DNA of 33,809 nucleotides from Lentisphaeria bacterium (lineage in GTDB: Bacteria > Verrucomicrobiota > Lentisphaeria > Oligosphaerales > PUNB01), in assembly GCA_007130365.1 (NCBI GenBank), contig SLSR01000032.1:1-33809 (forward strand), in the 5' to 3' direction. The notes below the pieces were generated by a model. It worked only from the letters and a program-made list of their open reading frames with translations. It was not told where the DNA came from and did not search any database. This document shows, one piece after another, positions 1 through 12,199 of this stretch (its first letter is position 1; each line of letters starts with the position of its first letter). Made by a program: the position numbers and the translations under genes.

Positions 1-180
1 GCACGCGACGTGGTCTTCCTCTACATGCCAACGCCGGTCGCTGACCGGAATTTTCTTTTCGAGCGTCTTCTCCAGACCATTGAGCATGCGTACACATTCC
101 TGGTAGCGATCTCTATACTGGTGCAAGGTTTCTTGCGATATGTATTTCTTGAGCATGGCCATATAGGTGCTTTCTGCCAT
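1..180 (-). CDS. hypothetical protein, 5' part only (continues past the left edge)
   Basis: ATG at 180-178 on the minus strand, with GGAGAG 4 nt upstream. The frame stays open to position 1 (MAESTYMAMLKKYISQETLHQYRDRYQECVRMLNGLEKTLEKK...). It is absent from the ORF track because there is no stop in the window. No family recognised. Confidence 0.3.
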   Translation of the reverse strand, partial: MAESTYMAMLKKYISQETLHQYRDRYQECVRMLNGLEKTLEKKIPVSDRRWHVEEDHVAC

Positions 181-188
181 TATTCTCT

Positions 189-225
189 CCTGACACCTGA
201 AACCTGACACCTAACACCTGAAACC
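189..225. repeat. short direct repeats: ACACCTGAAACC x2 and CCTGACACCT x2
   Basis: ACACCTGAAACC at 193-204 and 214-225. CCTGACACCT at 189-198 and 203-212. The repeats lie directly upstream of the RBS of the partial minus-strand ORF, so they may be operator sites. Confidence 0.5.
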
Positions 226-303
226 AAGCTGTTACCCACAAAATCTAAGAAAAAACTATTAACAACCCATTCGTTTTGAGAAAGAGCCTCCGTGAAGAGT
301 CCC

Positions 304-342
304 AAAAAAAGCAGATCCGACTCGAGGCCGAGCCGGATCTGC
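304..342 (-). terminator. rho-independent terminator downstream of gap
   Basis: Minus-strand RNA GCAGAUCCG-(14-nt loop with an inner CUCG/CGAG pairing)-CGGAUCUGC, followed by UUUUUUU (plus-strand A-run 304-310). It lies about 145 nt after the gap stop. Confidence 0.7.
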
Positions 343-487
343 AAAGACTGTCGAGAGTCAGATTATTAAACCCTCGAATCATTGGCGCGAGTTGTTGCAG
401 CGCCACATGTCGCGAGGCGAGAAATATCGATCGTCGGACAAGGGTTTGTGCCGACCCCAGCCTTCGACCGAACCGTTCTCCCGACTC

Positions 488-3683
<3,196 letters not shown>

Positions 3684-3698
3684 AATATACCGCTCTAC

Positions 3699-4212
3699 TT
3701 AATTAAGCAATTGATAGTTGCGACTGGCCTGCGCGGCCACCTCCAGAGCCTCCTCGCGATCCCATGGGCCGTCGATCACCAGACTGCGAACCCCGCCGCT
3801 CCGGGGCAGGGGGGGAACCGTCCAGACAAACAGAATGCGGCCATCGACCGCCAGCGCCAGCGGCCGGCCCATATACTCGGCCTGGGCCTGCGTCCAAAGC
3901 CGCTGCCCGCGATGGTCGAGATAAAGTCGCAAAGCCACCGGGGCGGAATGGCCGCGCACCACTTCCATGGCCTCGATCTGGCGCGAATGCAGAACCGGGA
4001 AACGGCGAACTCTGATCTCCACATCGGCCAAGTCCTGCGGAACCAGTACGGTCAGCCGCTCGCCGTCGATCGCCTGATAGACGATTTCATGCAGCGACAG
4101 CACCTTCTCCGGAGGCGCTTTGGCGAACCAGCCGCGCGCCGCACAGCCGAAGGTCGCAACCAATGGCGCCAAGGCCAGCGGCATCCACCATTTCCCTGTC
4201 CGAATCAAAAAC

Positions 4213-4220
<8 letters not shown>
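3699..4220 (-). CDS. putative lipoprotein with a SecD/SecF P1-head-like segment
   Basis: The track ORF 3699..4448 is over-extended into the upstream gene. The ATG at 4220 gives MRRFLIRTGKWWMPLALAPLVATFG|C, a signal peptide with a lipobox-like Cys. The pattern GRPLALAVDGRILF...VIDGPWDREEALEVAAQ resembles the SecD P1-head pattern (lAIvLDG...I.G.f...EA..LA); this is inference. The start overlaps the upstream stop by 8 nt. Confidence 0.65.
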
Positions 4221-5595
<1,375 letters not shown>

Positions 5596-5758
5596 TTGCA
5601 ATTTCCCGAAACAACAGGGTTGTCACTTTTTAAAAAAATCTGGTTTTGCCGTTTTTGTCCTGGTTCAATACCAGACTCCCCGGCAAAGCCTTATTATATT
5701 CTCAGACTCGCGAAATTGCAAGCCGGCATCCCGCTTGCTCGGATTTGATCGAAACCGC

Positions 5759-5787
5759 TTGACAAGCGACCGAAAGTGATTACTTTA
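5759..5787 (+). promoter_or_regulatory. candidate sigma-70 promoter for the DeoR/2-oxoacid dehydrogenase operon
   Basis: TTGACA at 5759-5764, a 16-nt spacer, then TACTTT at 5781-5786. GGAGG lies 7 nt before the ATG at 5821. The -10 element is weak. Confidence 0.3.
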
Positions 5788-5820
5788 CCGTTTCAAGCAA
5801 TCGTTGTCGGAGGTTTCGCA

Positions 5821-6636
5821 ATGAAACAGGGCGAGCCCAGGCTGTTGAATGCCGAACGCGAACAGCGAGTTCTGCATCTGCTGCGCCAAAACAATGTGAT
5901 GAGCGTCAACCAGCTGTGCCAGCGGCTCGGAGTTTCGCCGGCCACGATCCGGCGCGACTTGCAGGCCATGCACGAGCGCAAACTTCTGTTTCGGGTTCGC
6001 GGCGGCGCCACCCTGCAAGACATGAATCGGAAGGAGCCGCTGTTTCAGGACAAGCAGTCGCTGAACAGCGAGGCCAAAAGCCGCATCGCCGAAGCCGCTT
6101 TGCGGCTGGTCGGGGACAAGGAAAAAATCTATCTTGACGGCGGCAGCACCGTCCTGACCCTGGTGCGCCGGCTTGATCAGCGCCAGGATTTGACCGTGGT
6201 CACCAATTCTTTGATTGCGGCCGCCGAACTGATGAACTCGCCGCATCGCCTGATTTTGGTCGGCGGCGAATTTCGCCCGCTCAGCCGCACTTTGGTGGGG
6301 CCGCTGACCGCCTCGGTAATCGACAGCGTGCATGTCGACAAGGCGTTCATGGGAACCATCGGCTTCACCCTGGAAGACGGCATCACCACCACCGACGCCA
6401 GCGAAGCCTTCACCAAGGAACGCGCGATGCGGCGAGCCAATCAAGTGATCCTGCTGGCCGACAGCGGCAAACTGGGCGTACCGTCCTTCGCCCGCAGCGG
6501 CCGGCTTGAGGATATCGACATTCTGGTCACCGACCGGATCGACCCGGAATTGCGCGACGAATTGACCGCCCGCGGCCTCGAAGTCGTAGTCGCGGCAGAG
6601 ACCAACCCAGACAAGCGAGAGATTGACCATGAGTAA
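5821..6636 (+). CDS. DeoR-family transcriptional regulator
   Basis: N-terminal HTH (MSVNQLCQRLGVSPATIRRDLQAM) plus a DeoR C-terminal sensor domain (IYLDGGSTV, VVTNS, AFMGTIG, ILLADSGK). ATG at 5821 with a GGAGG RBS; the track start at 5776 is a GTG with no RBS. Confidence 0.9.
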   Translation: MKQGEPRLLNAEREQRVLHLLRQNNVMSVNQLCQRLGVSPATIRRDLQAMHERKLLFRVRGGATLQDMNRKEPLFQDKQSLNSEAKSRIAEAALRLVGDKEKIYLDGGSTVLTLVRRLDQRQDLTVVTNSLIAAAELMNSPHRLILVGGEFRPLSRTLVGPLTASVIDSVHVDKAFMGTIGFTLEDGITTTDASEAFTKERAMRRANQVILLADSGKLGVPSFARSGRLEDIDILVTDRIDPELRDELTARGLEVVVAAETNPDKREIDHE

Positions 6637-8929
6637 AAAGCAGAACTACTACAGCGATTCCACCCCGGAATTCACCCCCAAAACCCTGTCCTTCCCCGAT
6701 ATTCCCGCCTATGCCTACGCGGCCGACTTGGCCAAGGAGCTGAAAAGCGGCAACCTCGACAAAGCCGGCGCTCTCGCCCTCTACGAGAGCATGCTGACGA
6801 TTCGCGAATTCGAAGAGATGATCCTGAAAACCCGCACCGGAGCCTACGAAGCGCTCAGCGACTACGAATACCGCGGCCCCACCCATCTTTCGATCGGACA
6901 GGAGGCGACCGCCGCCGGCATCTGCTCGGAACTCGGAGTCGCAGACTACATCACCTCCACCCACCGCGGGCACGGCGAATCGATCGCCAAGGGAGTGGCG
7001 GCCATCCAGGCCATGGACATGACCGGCCTGCGCCGGCGCTGCCCGGAGTGCGCCGAGCTGAGCGGCGAGGCTCTGCGCGAAGCCGTGATGGAGGATCACG
7101 TGTTCCGCACCATCGCGGAGCTGTTCGGCAAGGAAGCCGGCTACGGCAAGGGGCGCGGCGGCGGCATGCATATCGCCGACTTCCGGGTCGGCCACCTCGG
7201 CGCCAACGCGATTGTCGGCGGCGGGGTTCCGATCGCCACCGGCGCCGCCATGACCCTGCGCCTGCGCGACCAGCGCGACCGCCTGGTCGCCTGCTTTGCC
7301 GGCGACGGCGCCTACGCCAACGGGGTCGTGCTCGAATCCCTGAACTGGGCCGCGCAGGAGCAGTTTACCGGCCCGATCGCCCAGCACCAATTCGGGCTGC
7401 CAATCATCTACTGCATCTGCAACAACCACTTCGGCATGACCGGTCGGGCCGAAGGCGAAGTCTTCGGTGTCGACTACCTGGCTCGGCGCGCCGCCGGCTT
7501 CAGCCTGAACAACATGCACGCGGAAGTGGTCAACGGCATGAACCCCCTGGCCGTGCGCGACGCGATTGCCCGGGCGCGCCGCCTGATTCAAGCCGGCGAC
7601 GGCCCGGTTCTGCTCGAATTCGACACCTATCGCTATTACGGCCATTCGCTCTCCGATCCGCGCAATGAATATCGCACGCGCGACGAAGAGGCGCGCTGGC
7701 GCCAGGTCGACCCCCTGCCCGTCTTCCGCAAGGCTCTGCTGGCCGCCAAAGCGGCCGGCGAGAAGGCATTGGCCGAACTTGAGGCCAAGGTGGCGGAGCG
7801 CAATGCGCGAGCCGCCCGAAGAGCCGCCGACTCGCCGGATCCCGAACCGGCCGAAGTGATCAAGTACCTGTACACCGACACCCGCTGCGACCAGGTTCCG
7901 GCGGAGTTCGCAAAGCCCCGGCAATTCGAAGAGGCGCCGAAGATCAAGCGCGACGAGGAAGACAACGTCACCTGCCGCGACGCCTTGAAGGAAGCCCTGA
8001 TCGAGGAAATGGCGCGCGATGCCCGCGTCGTCTGCTATGGCGAGGATGTGGCCGACTACGGCGGCGCCTTCAAGCTGACCAAGGGGCTGCTCGAAACCTT
8101 CGGTCGCGACCGCTGTTTCAACACTCCGATCTCCGAAGCCTGCATCTGCGGCACCGCCGTCGGCATGGCGATGACCGGCTATCGGCCGGTTGCCGAACTG
8201 ATGTATATGGACTTCGCCCTGATGGCCTCCGACCAGATCGCCAACCAGGCCGGCAAATGGCACTACATGGTCGGGGGCGCGGTCGAGGTGCCCCTGGTCT
8301 ATCGGGTCAGTGTCGGCGGCGGCAAGGGCTATGGCGGCCAGCATTCGCAATCCCTGGAATCGGTCTTCTGCCATATTCCCGGCCTGCGCGTGGTCTACCC
8401 CTCCAACGCCTACGACGCCAAGGGTCTGCTGAAAACCGCGATTCGCGACAACAATCCCGTGATGTTCGTGGAAAGCCAACTGCTGTACAACGAGAAGAGC
8501 CCGACCCCGGCCGAGGAATACCTGATTCCGTTCGGCGAAGCCGCGATCAAGCGCCGCGGCGACGATTTGACCATCGTCGCCTGGGGGCCGGCGGTCATTG
8601 ACGCCGTGCAGGCCGCCGACCAGTTGGCCGAAGCGGGCGCCAGCATCGAAGTGATCGACTTGCGCACTCTGGTGCCGCTCGACGAGACGGCGATCTACGA
8701 ATCGGTGCGCAAGACCGGCCGCTGCCTGGTCGTCAGCCAGGCGGTTGACATCGGCAGCTTCAGCGGCGAGATCGTGGCCAAAATCACGGCCGAATGCTTT
8801 GACTGGCTGGACGCGCCCCCGCTCAAGATCGGAGCCAAAAACGGCATCGCGCCACAGGCCCACTCGCTGGAAATGGCCTTTCTGCCGAGCCTCGACGACA
8901 TCGTCGAAGCGGCTCGGAGCCTGCTTTAA
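6629..8929 (+). CDS. 2-oxoacid (pyruvate/acetoin/branched-chain type) dehydrogenase E1 component, fused alpha and beta subunits
   Basis: The alpha half has STHRGHGESIAKG and the ThDP motif GDGAYANG...N. A linker follows at about residue 400-445. The beta half has RVVCYGEDVADYGGAFKLTKGL...FNTPISEACICGTAVGMAMTGYRPV. The ATG at 6629 overlaps the DeoR stop (6634-6636). Confidence 0.92.
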   Translation: MSKKQNYYSDSTPEFTPKTLSFPDIPAYAYAADLAKELKSGNLDKAGALALYESMLTIREFEEMILKTRTGAYEALSDYEYRGPTHLSIGQEATAAGICSELGVADYITSTHRGHGESIAKGVAAIQAMDMTGLRRRCPECAELSGEALREAVMEDHVFRTIAELFGKEAGYGKGRGGGMHIADFRVGHLGANAIVGGGVPIATGAAMTLRLRDQRDRLVACFAGDGAYANGVVLESLNWAAQEQFTGPIAQHQFGLPIIYCICNNHFGMTGRAEGEVFGVDYLARRAAGFSLNNMHAEVVNGMNPLAVRDAIARARRLIQAGDGPVLLEFDTYRYYGHSLSDPRNEYRTRDEEARWRQVDPLPVFRKALLAAKAAGEKALAELEAKVAERNARAARRAADSPDPEPAEVIKYLYTDTRCDQVPAEFAKPRQFEEAPKIKRDEEDNVTCRDALKEALIEEMARDARVVCYGEDVADYGGAFKLTKGLLETFGRDRCFNTPISEACICGTAVGMAMTGYRPVAELMYMDFALMASDQIANQAGKWHYMVGGAVEVPLVYRVSVGGGKGYGGQHSQSLESVFCHIPGLRVVYPSNAYDAKGLLKTAIRDNNPVMFVESQLLYNEKSPTPAEEYLIPFGEAAIKRRGDDLTIVAWGPAVIDAVQAADQLAEAGASIEVIDLRTLVPLDETAIYESVRKTGRCLVVSQAVDIGSFSGEIVAKITAECFDWLDAPPLKIGAKNGIAPQAHSLEMAFLPSLDDIVEAARSLL

Positions 8930-8959
8930 TTCCGACACCGGCAAGGAGAATCCTCTATC

Positions 8960-10354
8960 ATGGCAACGCAAGTACCGATCCCCAAGCTGGGACAGTCCGA
9001 AGAGACCGTGTCGATCGTCAAATGGCACAAGCAAGAGGGCGATCAAGTCGCCAAAGGCGACATTCTGTTCGAGGTGGAAACCGACAAGGCGGTGCTCGAA
9101 GTCGAATCGCAGTTCGAAGGCAGCCTGCTGAAAATAGTGGTGCCCGAGGGCAAAGAGGTGCCGGTGATGGCGATCGCCGCGGTGATCGGCGAGCCCGGCG
9201 AGAAAATTCCGGAAATCAAGGCCGCGCCCGAACCGGCCGGGGAGCCGCCGAAAAAGACTCCGCCCCCGCCTGCGACCGGCAAACCATCGGCGGCGGCCAA
9301 ACCGCCGGTCAAGAGCGCCGAGCCCCAGCCGGAGCCGCCGACATCCGCCGCCCCGCCAAAGACCGAAGCGTCCGCCCCCGCCCGCTTCAAGATCTCGCCG
9401 CGGGCGAAAAAGATTGCCGGCGAATATCTGATCGAGCCGCGCCAGGTCACCGGCAGCGGCCCCGGCGGCCGCGTAGTCGAGCGCGACGTTCGCGCCTACC
9501 TCAAGGAAATCGAGTATGACCGGATCGCGATCACCCCGGCCGCCCGCAATCTGGCCGCCCGGCACAAGCTTTCGATCGTTGGCCTGCGCGGCGGCGGAAC
9601 CGCCGGCAGAATCACCATCGACGACGTGCGCCGAGCCCTCGCCGAACAGCCCAGGCCAATGAGCAAAATGCGCCAGACCATCGCCCGCCGCCTGCAGCAG
9701 TCGAAACAGACCATCCCCCACTTCTATGTCACGGTCGCGGTCGACATGAGCGAGCTGAGCGCCTATCGCAAGCTTCTCAAAGAGCAGAGATTCGCCTTGA
9801 GCTTCAACGACTTCATCCTGCGAGCCAGCGCTCTGAGCCTGCGTGAATTTCCGGCCGTCAACAGCGTCGTCGAAGATCAGGTCAAAGTGCGCCGGCACAG
9901 CCGCGTCAACCTGGGCATGGCGGTCAATGTCGAACAAGGGCTGGTCGTGCCGGTGGTGCGCGATGCCGACCGCATAACCCTCGACGAACTGCACGACGAC
10001 GCCCGCCGCCTGGCCAACCTGGCTCGCGACCAGAAACTGAAGCCGGGGGATATGCAGGGCGGCACCTTCACGGTTTCCAACATGGGAATGGCCAGTGTCG
10101 AGAATTTCAGCGCGATCATCAATCCCGGCGAAAGTGCGATCCTCGCAGTCTCCTCGATTCAGCCGCAGGCGGTTGTCCTGGCGAATCGCGAGATCGCCGT
10201 CCGCGATATGATGAAAATCACGGTCAGCGCCGACCATCGCGTGGTCGACGGCATGACCGCCGCCCGCTTTGTCAACGCAATCAAGAACCGTTTGCAGAAC
10301 ATCTCGCTGTGGGAACGCGAAACCGGCATTCCCCGCGAAACAACCAGGGAGTAG
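8960..10354 (+). CDS. dihydrolipoamide acyltransferase E2 component
   Basis: Lipoyl domain (EVETDKAVLEVES), a Pro/Ala linker, two peripheral-subunit-binding-like segments (ISPRAKKIAGEY...GSGPGGRVVERDV and ITPAARNLAARH...GGGTAGRITIDDV), and a catalytic domain with DHRVVDG. AAGGAG RBS. Confidence 0.95.
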   Translation: MATQVPIPKLGQSEETVSIVKWHKQEGDQVAKGDILFEVETDKAVLEVESQFEGSLLKIVVPEGKEVPVMAIAAVIGEPGEKIPEIKAAPEPAGEPPKKTPPPPATGKPSAAAKPPVKSAEPQPEPPTSAAPPKTEASAPARFKISPRAKKIAGEYLIEPRQVTGSGPGGRVVERDVRAYLKEIEYDRIAITPAARNLAARHKLSIVGLRGGGTAGRITIDDVRRALAEQPRPMSKMRQTIARRLQQSKQTIPHFYVTVAVDMSELSAYRKLLKEQRFALSFNDFILRASALSLREFPAVNSVVEDQVKVRRHSRVNLGMAVNVEQGLVVPVVRDADRITLDELHDDARRLANLARDQKLKPGDMQGGTFTVSNMGMASVENFSAIINPGESAILAVSSIQPQAVVLANREIAVRDMMKITVSADHRVVDGMTAARFVNAIKNRLQNISLWERETGIPRETTRE

Positions 10355-10359
10355 CAACC

Positions 10360-11748
10360 ATGCAGAAATTCGATCTCGCAGTCATCGGCGGCGGCCCCGG
10401 CGGCTATGTCGCCGCCATCCGCGGCGCCCAGCTCGGAGCCAAAGTCGCCCTGGTCGAAAAGGCCGAACTTGGCGGCACCTGCTTGAATCGCGGCTGCATT
10501 CCGACCAAAAGCCTGATCGCGTCGGCGGAATTGCTGGAGCAAATGCGCCGCGCCGCCGACTTCGGAGTCAAGGCCGAGGGGGAAATCACCCCCGACTGGC
10601 CCGCCATGCTCAGTCGCAAAAACAAGATTGTCAAGGAACTGCGACAGGGAATCGCCGGCCTGCTCAAGGCCAATCAGGTAACCGTATTCAAGGGCATTGG
10701 CAGCTTCGACTCCAGGCGCCAGCTTCAGATAGCCGAAGCCCAGGTCGCCCAGACCATCGAAGCGGAACGGACAATTGTGGCCACCGGCAGCCGCAGCGCC
10801 AAGCCCGGATTTGTCCCGCAGGCCGACAATGTCCACTACTCGACCCAGGCGCTCAACCTGGCCGAACTGCCCGAAGACATGATCATTCTCGGCGGCGGCG
10901 TCATCGGCTGCGAATTCGCCTGCCTGCTGGCTCGCCTCGGAGTGCAGGTGACCCTGGTTGAAATGCTCCCCGAAATCCTGCCGATGGTCGATCCGGAAGC
11001 CGCCGCGGTCGTGCGCAAGTCGATGAAAAAACTCGGCATCAAGGTATTGACCGGACAACCCATGCGCGAACCCAAGGCGGACGGTCGAGAAGTCACCGGA
11101 AAAGTGGGTGGGCAAAACCTGCGCGCCGCCGCCATGCTGGTCTGCGTCGGCCGCCAGCCCTGTACGCAAGGACTGCAACCGGAAAAGGCCGGATTGCGGC
11201 TCGACGAACCGGGATTCCTGCCGGTCGACGGCCACTGTCGCACCGCCGTCGCCGGCATCTATGCGATTGGCGACTTGGTCGGCGGGGTGCAGTATGCCCA
11301 CCGAGCCAGCGCCCAGGCCATGGTCGCCGCCGAAAACGCCCTTGGCGGCAATTCCCGGCACAGCGACGCCCTGGTACCCGGCTGCATCTTCACCGCCCCC
11401 GAAATCGGGGCGGTCGGGCTGACCGAGGAGGAGTGCGAACAGAGGCAGCAACCCTGTCGGGTCGGCAAGTTCCCCTTCGCGGCTCTCGGCAAAGCCCGCA
11501 TTCACGGCGCCACCGAAGGCTTCTGCAAAATCATTGCCGACCGCGAGACCGACCAGGTGCTCGGAGTCCACATCGTCGGCCCGCACGCCACCGACCTGAT
11601 CGCGGAGGCCGCCACCGCCATGCACCTGGAAATCACGGCCGGCGAAATGGCCCGCGCCATGCACGCCCACCCCACCCTCGGCGAAGCGACCATGGAGGCC
11701 GCCCACGCCGTTCATGGCCAGTGCATCCACCTACCGCCGCCGCGGTAA
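10360..11748 (+). CDS. lpdA: dihydrolipoyl dehydrogenase E3 component
   Basis: FAD fold DLAVIGGGPGGYVAA, redox disulfide GGTCLNRGCIPTK, and a C-terminal dimerisation region with HAHPTLGE. ATG at 10360; the track start at 10309 overlaps E2. Confidence 0.95.
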   Translation: MQKFDLAVIGGGPGGYVAAIRGAQLGAKVALVEKAELGGTCLNRGCIPTKSLIASAELLEQMRRAADFGVKAEGEITPDWPAMLSRKNKIVKELRQGIAGLLKANQVTVFKGIGSFDSRRQLQIAEAQVAQTIEAERTIVATGSRSAKPGFVPQADNVHYSTQALNLAELPEDMIILGGGVIGCEFACLLARLGVQVTLVEMLPEILPMVDPEAAAVVRKSMKKLGIKVLTGQPMREPKADGREVTGKVGGQNLRAAAMLVCVGRQPCTQGLQPEKAGLRLDEPGFLPVDGHCRTAVAGIYAIGDLVGGVQYAHRASAQAMVAAENALGGNSRHSDALVPGCIFTAPEIGAVGLTEEECEQRQQPCRVGKFPFAALGKARIHGATEGFCKIIADRETDQVLGVHIVGPHATDLIAEAATAMHLEITAGEMARAMHAHPTLGEATMEAAHAVHGQCIHLPPPR

Positions 11749-11810
11749 GACCGTGCCGTATCTCACGTAATGCGTCAGTCGCAGGTGCAAAGTGCCCCCA
11801 GTTTCGATAC

Positions 11811-11883
11811 ACGACTACGGCGACGACCACGATCGACGATTGGGTACGCTCGAATCGTAGTCCGTAGTCGTCGCCGTGGTCGT
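11811..11883. other. long imperfect hairpin downstream of lpdA
   Basis: Arm 11811-11830 (ACGACTACGGCGACGACCAC) pairs with arm 11864-11883 (GTAGTCGTCGCCGTGGTCGT). That is 20 bp with one G:U pair and one mismatch, and a 33-nt loop. No U-tract follows, so it is not a canonical intrinsic terminator. Confidence 0.45.
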
Positions 11884-12022
11884 CAACCGGCACGATATTT
11901 CCACCTTTCACTTACGGCTTACTATCTCACGCGCCAACAAACTTTACGGCTAAAGCTTCCGGCATTATAGTGCCGCCATGGAATAGCGGCAAACAACAAA
12001 AAGGTGGAAGGAGAATTTGAGC

Positions 12023-12198
12023 ATGACGGGCGGGAAAGGCAAGAACTCCATCCGGACCTGGCCTGAAGGCGAGCGCCCACGGGAAAAGTCATGGAGGAGG
12101 CGAAGCGGCTCGAACGGCGAAGCATGATCCCCAGCGAGCAGGCAACCCGTCACGTCGAGCAGCTCATCCTCGGCACCCTGTCGGTGGAGGAACTCTAA
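12023..12198 (+). pseudogene. possible remnant of a RadC/JAB-family gene (N-terminus only, frame-broken)
   Basis: The ATG at 12023 gives MTGGKGKNSIRTWPEGERPREK, which matches the conserved RadC N-terminal motif (I+dlP..ERPREKL). That frame stops at 12127. A second frame (12091-12198) continues without any JAB domain. Both pieces are under 60 aa and are absent from the track. Confidence 0.3.
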
Positions 12199-12199
12199 C

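Noticed and set aside
5602-5820. Sigma-54 (-24/-12, TGGCAC-N5-TTGC) promoter near the NtrC-type regulator, and in the other intergenic regions
   Set aside because: No acceptable GG-N10-GC match was found by eye. TGGTTTTGCCG at about 5640 has the wrong spacing. The TGGCAC occurrences at about 8258 and 9021 are intragenic and lack the TTGC element.
6527-10357. 1276-aa minus-strand ORF spanning the whole E1/E2 region
   Set aside because: It is antisense to genes with unambiguous E1 and E2 homology. Its translation is G/A/R/D-rich low complexity with no motifs, which is a typical stop-free antisense frame in high-GC DNA.
11759-11931. 9-bp direct repeat TATCTCACG (11759-11767 and 11923-11931) flanking the hairpin, considered as a target-site duplication of a MITE
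   Set aside because: About 26 chance 9-mer pairs within 200 nt are expected in a 34-kb window. The putative terminal inverted repeats match at only about 10 of 16 positions. The evidence is not sufficient.
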